This document shows positions 58,106 to 64,000 of a stretch of DNA of 64,000 nt, in pieces. The DNA is from Chthoniobacteraceae bacterium. GTDB taxonomy: Bacteria > Verrucomicrobiota > Verrucomicrobiia > Chthoniobacterales > Chthoniobacteraceae. The stretch is taken from positions 32,001 to 96,000 of the forward strand of contig JANNXQ010000107.1 in the NCBI GenBank assembly GCA_031409655.1, read 5' to 3'. Numbering within the stretch: position 1 is the stretch's first letter; every line of letters begins with the position of its first letter. The notes beneath the pieces were generated by a model. It had not been told where the DNA came from. It ran no database searches and saw only the letters and a program-made list of their open reading frames with translations. The position numbers were made by a program, and so were the translations under genes.

Positions 58106-58256
58106 AACCCCGCTGCCGTTTCCAGCAGTGGAGCTCGCAACCACCGAATGATGTCAGCCGCACTTACGGCTTCACGATGCGCTTGATGCCGCCGGCGATG
58201 GCCTGCTTCCAGCCGTAGAGGCACTCGACCGTGACGAAGATGCGGTTGCTGCTCGT

Positions 58257-58321
58257 TTGCCGCTCCGGCGGCTATGCAGTATCCGCTCCGCGTTTGTGGG
58301 AGAGCGCTTCCGCGCGGCGCA
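58257..58321 (-). mobile_element. 65-bp hairpin element Y at CCGAA^AC
   Basis: Same conserved blocks as X; removal rejoins YTE|TSS in frame. Confidence 0.85.
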
Positions 58322-58357
58322 TTCGGTGTAGCGCAGGTAGCCGAAGGTGAGGCCAGT

Positions 58358-58423
58358 TTGCCGCTCCGGCGGCCATGCAGAGAGCGCTCCGCGAGTTCGG
58401 CCGTGCGCTTCCGCGCAATTGCA
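58358..58423 (-). mobile_element. 66-bp hairpin element X at CCGAA^AC (in frame)
   Basis: Removal rejoins DPE|TGL. Confidence 0.85.
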
Positions 58424-58492
58424 TTCGGGGTCGGTGACGGCACCGGCCTCGTCGTATTCGGCGACGGGTTCGAGGTAGCGCATGGCGACCGC

Positions 58493-58536
58493 CGAGGAGG
58501 CGGAGGGGAATAAGGAGGCTGGTGGACGGGCGAGCC
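58493..58536 (+). mobile_element. G-rich 44-bp element R (copy b)
   Basis: CGAGGAGGCGGAGGGGAATAAGGAGGCTGGTGGACGGGCGAGCC, flanked GC|GC; 35/44 identical to copy c. Confidence 0.75.
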
Positions 58537-58586
58537 GCTGGAGACGAGCGTTTCGAGGACGTTGAGCGCCGTCTCGCTCGCCTCGC

Positions 58587-58631
58587 TGCTCGCCCGCCCG
58601 CTGACTACCTCTATTCCCTTCCGCCACCTCG
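58587..58631 (-). mobile_element. G-rich 45-bp element R (copy a)
   Basis: CGAGGTGGCGGAAGGGAATAGAGGTAGTCAGCGGGCGGGCGAGCA, flanked GC|GC. Confidence 0.7.
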
Positions 58632-58961
58632 GCGGTGTAGCTGCCGGCGAACTCGCTGGACTGCGACGGAGCGCCGACCACGGGCACGCGCACGGTGTCG
58701 AGTTTGTCCGCCGGTTCCGGCGAGAAGTTCGTGGAAAAGGCGCGCAGCGGGAGCAGTCCGGCCACAAGCTGCGACGGCATTAATGAGTCCAAGGACGCGC
58801 CCACGATGGCCCCGTCAGATGCGTTCGCGCCGCACATCAGGCGCTGCCGGCGGCACGGCGCATTTGCATCTCCAGACGGCGAACGGACGGTTGTGCTCTT
58901 GCGCGCGAGCGCCGATCAATAGGCTATTCTTATCATCCAAACCCACGCCGCTTCCATCCAC

Positions 58962-59885
58962 ATGAATACACTGACCACGACCGAAACCGAAGCCATCCTC
59001 ACCCTTTGCCTCATCGCGTCCTTCGCCGATGGCGACAAACACGAACGCGAACGCCAGCAACTCAAGAAGATCACCGACTCGCTCGCCGGCGGGGAGGTGG
59101 ACATCACCGCGCTCTATCAGCAAGTGCTGCTGAACAATCCCGACGTCGCCGCAGTCGCCGCGCGCCTGCTCACTCCCGGTGCCCGCCAGCTCGCCTACGA
59201 GATGGCCGTGTGCGTGTGCGATGCGGATGAAGTGTGCAACCCCGCCGAACAGCAATTCCTCGATGAACTGCGCACCGCGCTCGCCCTGCCCACCGCCAGC
59301 ACGCAACCGGTGGACGCCGAAGCCACCGCGCTCGCCACCATTCCCGTGGCCTCACCCGCGCCCGCGCAATCCGAGGAAACCGACGCCATGATCCTGCGCT
59401 ACGCCATCGTCGGCGGCGCTCTGGAGCTACTCCCGCAGACCCTGGCCACGCTCGCCATCGTGCCCATGCAGACCAAGATGGTCTATCGCATCGGCAGCCA
59501 GCGCGGCGTCGAACTCGACCGCAAATCCATCGTCGAGTTCATGGCCACGGTCGGCATCGGCATGGCCTCGCAAGTCTTCGAAGGCTTCGCGCGGCGGCTC
59601 ACCAAAGGACTTGGCAAAGCCGTCGCCGGCAAAATGGGCGGCAAGATCGGCGACGCCGTCGGTGGCATCGCCATGTCCTTCGGCGCCACCTACGCGCTCG
59701 GGCAACTGGCGAAACTCTACTACGACAGCGGCCGCAGCCTGAGCATGGAGACGCTCAAAGCCAAATACCCGCCGCTCCTCGCCGAAGGAAAAACGCTCGC
59801 GCAAAAATACACCACGCAGATCACCGAGCAGAGCCAGCGGCTCCAGGGGGCCGGCCTCAGCACGCTGTTGAAGAAGGTGATCTAA
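58962..59885 (+). CDS. TerB-like domain fused to a DUF697/YcjF-like domain
   Basis: ASFADG.K...ER, AYEMAV.VCDAD....E..FL..LR..L; then GALELLPQ.LA..AI.P.Q.KMVYRIG. Confidence 0.75.
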   Translation: MNTLTTTETEAILTLCLIASFADGDKHERERQQLKKITDSLAGGEVDITALYQQVLLNNPDVAAVAARLLTPGARQLAYEMAVCVCDADEVCNPAEQQFLDELRTALALPTASTQPVDAEATALATIPVASPAPAQSEETDAMILRYAIVGGALELLPQTLATLAIVPMQTKMVYRIGSQRGVELDRKSIVEFMATVGIGMASQVFEGFARRLTKGLGKAVAGKMGGKIGDAVGGIAMSFGATYALGQLAKLYYDSGRSLSMETLKAKYPPLLAEGKTLAQKYTTQITEQSQRLQGAGLSTLLKKVI

Positions 59886-60039
59886 ATGGACGCCAGCGAG
59901 GCCAGCCTGCTCTTGCCGGCAACACTCCCGCTGCGTGCCACAGCACCTCCTCCGCCGCGCTCCCATAGAACGCACGGCATGCGCGAAAAGCTCGCCCACT
60001 TCGGTCTCCACTCCGCCCAGGGGCAGGCGTAGATAGGTC

Positions 60040-60249
60040 ATGCGTATTGCCCTCAGCATCGCTGCCGGCGCGGCTATTTTTCTTGGCCTCTGGCTGATCG
60101 CTTCTGGATTCACCGAGTCCGCGCCAGAGACGGCACCATCCTCCTTAGTCGTCTCCGCACCGCCCCAGACTGCGACCCCCATCGTGCTTGGTACGGCCCT
60201 GCTCGCGGGCGGTGTCATTTTTCTCGTGCTGATTTTGAGGAGAAGGTAG
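60040..60249 (+). CDS. Small 2-TM membrane protein
   Basis: 69 aa, two hydrophobic segments, basic tail. Confidence 0.5.
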   Translation: MRIALSIAAGAAIFLGLWLIASGFTESAPETAPSSLVVSAPPQTATPIVLGTALLAGGVIFLVLILRRR

Positions 60250-60336
60250 CCCCGAAAAGGAAATCGCTCTTGCCTGCCGGAAGGACGGGGCGCGTCCGTC
60301 ATCCCATCTTCCGGCAATGACCTGACTGTTCGCGCC

Positions 60337-60434
60337 GTGAGAACGGCGACATCGAGCCAGCGGCGTTCCGAGCGCTCGCCGAATTGCGGCGAGGCCAGCA
60401 GGCGATCCACGACATTCTCAAACGCCGCGGGCAA
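60337..60434 (-). pseudogene. Fragment of a DUF1549 (PSCyt2) domain gene
   Basis: AFENVVDRLLASPQFGERSERRWLDVA matches the DUF1549 motif VDRLLASPxYGERWxRxWLDxA; no continuation on either side. Confidence 0.7.
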
Positions 60435-60538
60435 GGTGTCTCAGAGGAAGGCGCCGATCTCCTGCGGTCCTTCCGCGGCGTTCCAAACCCTGCAACGCCG
60501 CAGAGTTTGCACTTCGTTTTTTCCGAAGGCCGGTGCGG

Positions 60539-61804
60539 CTAGGGCTGCGGGCGCAGCCGGTAGAAATGCCGCGCGGACAGCGGCGGCTCGAGGCGTTCGA
60601 GGAAGGGGCCTCCCGCCCACGGCAGCGGCGCCCACGATTGCAGATCGGGGGAGGTCTCGAGCGAGCCACCCTGCCAGTCGAGCTTCAGGAAATCTCCGGT
60701 GCGGGCGAGTGCGAGCGGACTCGGCGACGCGAGCGGTGGCAAGCCCACGGCGTCGATCGCCGTCCGCACATGGGTGAGGACGCGGAGATTGTTCAACCCG
60801 GTCGCGGAGAAACCGCTGGCTTGAAACAGGAAGATGATGCCGCGCAGATCGCGCTTCCGATCCACCCATGGAAATGTCCCGAACGCGCCCGGGCTGGTGA
60901 CTTCCTCGACGATACCGCTCACCGGATTCTGCGCGAGAATCCACGAGCCCATCCCGTAGTCCGGACGTTGCGGATAGGGGTAGTAGAGCGACGGCGGCCA
61001 AGGACTGTAATACTCCGGCAACCCAAGCGTCTGATTCGTGAAAAATTCCTGCACGCTACGGCTCGACATCACCGGCATCCCAGTCGTCGAAAGCCCGTTG
61101 TTCGTTACCATGCGAAGGAATTTCAGATAATCCTCCGCGCTGCAGCGGGCGCCGCCGGCGATGGCGGGATTCGGATCGAAGTAGAGGTAGTCCGCCGTCG
61201 TCATCCCGAGCGGATCGAACAGGATTTCGCGTGCGAGCGCTCCCCAACTCTTGCCAGTGGCGACTTCACAAATCCGCCCGACGACCTGCATCCCATCGCC
61301 CTCGTAGGAGAGCTGAGTGCCGGGTGGAAAAGCCACGGGCGTATTCTGCGCGATGAGATCGACGGATTGCGCCAGCGTCAGCGTGCGATCGGTCTCGTAC
61401 TCCGGCGCGTCGAGTTGCAGTCCCGACTTCATGGCAAAACATTGCCGGATGGTGATGTCGCCCTTTCCGTAAGTGTCGAAGATCGGGAGATAGTGCCCGA
61501 TGCGATCTTCGAGCCGGAAGTATCCGCGCTCCGCGCAGATGAGCACGACCGCGCCGGAAAGCCACTTGGTGCAGGAAGCAATGCCCGCCTTGGTATTCGG
61601 CCCGATCGCGCCCGCCTGAAAGCGAAAGATCTCGCCGCGGTCGCCCTGCTCGATGAGCGCGATCACGCGGTTGCCGTAGAGGGTCAGGTTATCCTGGAGC
61701 TGTGCGGTCGCGGCGGAGAGATCGTAAGTCTGCGCGCGGGCCCAATGATTCGTGAGCAGCGCAACGGAAGCGACCAGGATTGCGGAGCGAAAGTGCGGGA
61801 TCAT
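60539..61804 (-). CDS. Secreted beta-lactamase-family serine hydrolase
   Basis: IASCTK (SxxK), FPPG..LSY, SPGAFG..PWVD; C-terminal L.W.G..LE.S.DL..W...FYRL tail. Confidence 0.85.
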   Translation of the reverse strand: MIPHFRSAILVASVALLTNHWARAQTYDLSAATAQLQDNLTLYGNRVIALIEQGDRGEIFRFQAGAIGPNTKAGIASCTKWLSGAVVLICAERGYFRLEDRIGHYLPIFDTYGKGDITIRQCFAMKSGLQLDAPEYETDRTLTLAQSVDLIAQNTPVAFPPGTQLSYEGDGMQVVGRICEVATGKSWGALAREILFDPLGMTTADYLYFDPNPAIAGGARCSAEDYLKFLRMVTNNGLSTTGMPVMSSRSVQEFFTNQTLGLPEYYSPWPPSLYYPYPQRPDYGMGSWILAQNPVSGIVEEVTSPGAFGTFPWVDRKRDLRGIIFLFQASGFSATGLNNLRVLTHVRTAIDAVGLPPLASPSPLALARTGDFLKLDWQGGSLETSPDLQSWAPLPWAGGPFLERLEPPLSARHFYRLRPQP

Positions 61805-62823
61805 GGCCGCGCAGACGGCGCCGGATGCGACGCGAAGAAACTCCAGATGGCGTCCGTGGCGTTCAGCCGGTTCGTCGCTTTGCCGAGGATGAATTCCGGG
61901 AGCGGCCTCTTCGCGCCAGGCCAGATATGACCGTGCCCGGCGATGGTCGTGAAGACGACTTCCGCTCCTTCGCGTCCGCCCCCATGGCGGACGCTGTTGA
62001 CCCCTTCCACGGAACACGCGAGCGGCTCCGCTTCCGCGGCTGCGCCGATGAGCTTAACCCACTCCGCCACGTTTTCGCGCACCGGCGGCTTGGCCTTTTC
62101 GGGCACGCCCTTGAAGCCTGCGCCGGAGGCCATCTTCGGCACGCCGCCTTCCATCGGGTTGATGGGATCGGCGGTGCCGGTGAGGTAGAGCAGCGACACG
62201 GGCCGCGCGCTTTTCGGCTCCGCAATCCAGAGCGCACCGGAGACCGGCGCGATGGCGGCGATGCGCTCGGAGAGTTCGAGCCCGACGCGGAAGGTCATCG
62301 ATGCGCCATTGGAAAAGCCAGTCGCGAAGACGCGGCGGCGGTCCACGGCAAATTTCGCTTCGAGGTGATCGAGCAGCGCGGCGATGAAAGCCACGTCGGC
62401 GACCTTGCGCTCGCCTGCGTGAAAGCGTCCGGAGCCGTCGTTCCAGGCAGGATTGTTGCGGCCAAACTTTGCCGGCTGCGTCGGGTCTGGTCGCGTCGCT
62501 TTGGGAAAGGCGACGATGAATCCCGCCGCATCCGCTTTCGCCACCCACTCCGTCTCCTTCACGCTCGCCTCGGGTGTTCCGCCCTTGCCGTGAAACATAA
62601 GCACAAGCGGCAGCGCCGTCTTGCCATCGTAAGCCGGTGGCAGGTGAAGGAGCGCGCTCCGCTCCAGATCGCCCGCCGTCAGCGCGACGGTCTGCAACTT
62701 CGCCGCCGCGAGGAACTCGGCGTCATCGCGAACTCGCTGCGCTCGCACCGCGGCCAAAGTGGTGATGACGAACATCCCGCAGCCGAGGACCGCGGCGGAG
62801 GCGCGAAGGGTGCAGCGTTGCAT
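61801..62823 (-). CDS. PHB-depolymerase/LpqC-like esterase
   Basis: PLVLMFHG.GG, DV.FI, ATGFSNGA.M, GTADP, GH.WPG. Confidence 0.88.
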   Translation of the reverse strand: MQRCTLRASAAVLGCGMFVITTLAAVRAQRVRDDAEFLAAAKLQTVALTAGDLERSALLHLPPAYDGKTALPLVLMFHGKGGTPEASVKETEWVAKADAAGFIVAFPKATRPDPTQPAKFGRNNPAWNDGSGRFHAGERKVADVAFIAALLDHLEAKFAVDRRRVFATGFSNGASMTFRVGLELSERIAAIAPVSGALWIAEPKSARPVSLLYLTGTADPINPMEGGVPKMASGAGFKGVPEKAKPPVRENVAEWVKLIGAAAEAEPLACSVEGVNSVRHGGGREGAEVVFTTIAGHGHIWPGAKRPLPEFILGKATNRLNATDAIWSFFASHPAPSARP

Positions 62824-62875
62824 GGTGAATGAGACGTTCAACCCACGTTGTGCGTTACAGTTTCCTGTCCGCGAA

Positions 62876-63904
62876 TCAGGGCGCGGGCTTGAGGTGCTGG
62901 TTGAACCATTCGAGTTCCAGCCGGGTTGCCTCCTCGAATCCCTCGCGATACACCCCGTAATGGGTGATGCCTTTGATCACTTGGTATTCCGCCCGCACGC
63001 CGCGCTCTTTCAACGCCGCGGCGATGCGCTCGACGTTCGCGTTGCTGCTCAGCTCTTCATTCTCCGCAACGACAAAGAGAATCGGCGTGGAGATTTTCTC
63101 CGCCGCCTCCGCGGGTGAGTAGCCGAGGCCCTTCGTCGGGTTCACGCGCATCTGCGTGTAGGTCGCCATCTTGCCCGTCATCTTCCCGGTCTCAAAGGGC
63201 ACCGGTTCGACTTCGCCGCGCGCCTGCTTGCTGAGATAATCAAAGGTGCGCGCGACGACTTGGGGCGTGCGCGGCGCACCCATGCCGGGAACTTGTGCGG
63301 CGGTGCATTTCACGCGCGGGTCGTTGCCGGCGGTCCACGTCACGAGACCGCCGCCGTAGCTGCTGCCCCAGCTGCCGATGCGCTCTTTGTCCACCTGCGG
63401 TTCGCCGGCGATGAAGCTGATCGCCGCGCGGATGTCCATGGCCTGATCGGCGAAATCCATCTGCCAGCGCACCGCGCGCGCCTTCACCTCGACGTTCCCA
63501 TCCGCGTCCGGGCGCGGCTGCTTTTCCGGGGTGATGAGCTTGCTGTCGCTCTCGCCCCAACCGCGATAATCGAACGCCAGCGCGACATATCCATGCTGCG
63601 CAAAGATCACGCCGAGCCGCGCTCCCGATCCACGCTTCGTGCCGCCCGTGCCCGCGCAAAGCACGATGCCCGGCAGCTTCGCACCCGCTCCGCGCGCCTT
63701 CGGAAAATAGAGATCACCCGCCAGGCGAGTACCATCGCTCCAGACGGTCACCGCGCGTCGCTCGACATCCGCCGGCAAGGTATCACGCGCCGCCACATCG
63801 CCATTGCGATCGAGCACCTTCACTCCGTCGGACAAACCACCATCTTGGGCGGAATTCGTCAGCGAGCTAATCGCTAGCGCAGGAATCAGGACGAGCATTT
63901 TCAT
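62876..63904 (-). CDS. Secreted alpha/beta hydrolase (S15/S9-like)
   Basis: FDYRGWGES, RIG.WGSSYGGG, terminal HY. Confidence 0.85.
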   Translation of the reverse strand: MKMLVLIPALAISSLTNSAQDGGLSDGVKVLDRNGDVAARDTLPADVERRAVTVWSDGTRLAGDLYFPKARGAGAKLPGIVLCAGTGGTKRGSGARLGVIFAQHGYVALAFDYRGWGESDSKLITPEKQPRPDADGNVEVKARAVRWQMDFADQAMDIRAAISFIAGEPQVDKERIGSWGSSYGGGLVTWTAGNDPRVKCTAAQVPGMGAPRTPQVVARTFDYLSKQARGEVEPVPFETGKMTGKMATYTQMRVNPTKGLGYSPAEAAEKISTPILFVVAENEELSSNANVERIAAALKERGVRAEYQVIKGITHYGVYREGFEEATRLELEWFNQHLKPAP

Positions 63905-64000
63905 CCCTCATCTATCCGGGAAACGCTTCGTGATTAGATACGGGTGAACGCTTCCACCGCACGCGATCCGTGAGCAGTCTTCAAGTTGCTCGCTCGGAGC

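Larger units (their letters stand above)
58164..58780 (-). pseudogene. Phage major capsid-like gene remnant in five colinear fragments
   Basis: LLPLRAFSTNFSPEPADKLDTVRVPVVGAP..YTA | EASETALNVLETLVSS | AVAMRYLEPVAEYDEAGAVTDPE | TGLTFGYLRYTE | TSSNRIFVTVECLYGWKQAIAGGIKRIVKP*. Resembles Verrucomicrobial prophage coat proteins (recognition, not a search). Confidence 0.75.

Noticed and set aside
58257..58631. CRISPR-like array (repeats around a 36-bp phage-derived spacer)
   Set aside because: The spacers are consecutive pieces of one gene that mostly rejoin in frame; repeats are of two types, 44-66 bp, in mixed orientation; no cas genes.
58172..58837. 221-aa minus-strand ORF as an intact gene
   Set aside because: Mosaic of capsid fragments and insert-derived sequence; two fragments lie in other frames.
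60539..61804. Antibiotic-resistance beta-lactamase
   Set aside because: The SxxK fold is shared by many esterases and peptidases; nothing here indicates beta-lactamase activity.
60533..63877. Long plus-strand ORFs opposite the hydrolases, and similar long shadow ORFs throughout
   Set aside because: Arg/Ala-rich antisense or off-frame ORFs typical of high-GC DNA, overlapping motif-supported genes.

Overview
High-GC bacterial chromosomal window. Gene style and repeat families suggest Verrucomicrobiota (Chthoniobacter-like); this is an inference. Bases 1-1.6 kb (- strand) hold an AsnB-type amidotransferase running off the window and a GT2. Bases 2.0-38.4 kb (+ strand) are a ~36-gene ABC-transporter-dependent (wzm/wzt) surface glycan cluster: a nonulosonic-acid module (NeuB, NeuA, CBS-DegT aminotransferase, NAL/DHDPS aldolase, PhyH-type dioxygenase), 12 recognisable glycosyltransferases, 7 methyltransferases and several acyltransferases. 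Bases 38.4-47.4 kb (- strand) are mixed genes, including an EF-hand/redoxin/cytochrome c/Cu-monooxygenase protein. Bases 47.5-54.9 kb are an ion-homeostasis locus (nhaR, HPF-like, duplicated terC, CorC/HlyC, a voltage-gated channel with a TLDDW filter, a Na+/solute symporter). Bases 54.9-58.8 kb are a decayed prophage morphogenesis remnant split by a 4-gene cargo. The most unusual signal is here: the capsid-like and head-tail-like genes carry six 44-66 bp insertions of three types (hairpin type X/Y at CCGAA^AC, G-rich type R at GC^GC, and hairpin type E with an R copy nested in it). Removing them restores the reading frame at all junctions but one. Bases 59-64 kb hold a TerB-like protein, gene remnants and three hydrolases. 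No rRNA, tRNA, CRISPR-cas, integrase or transposase was seen. Family calls come from motif recognition only; no searches were run.
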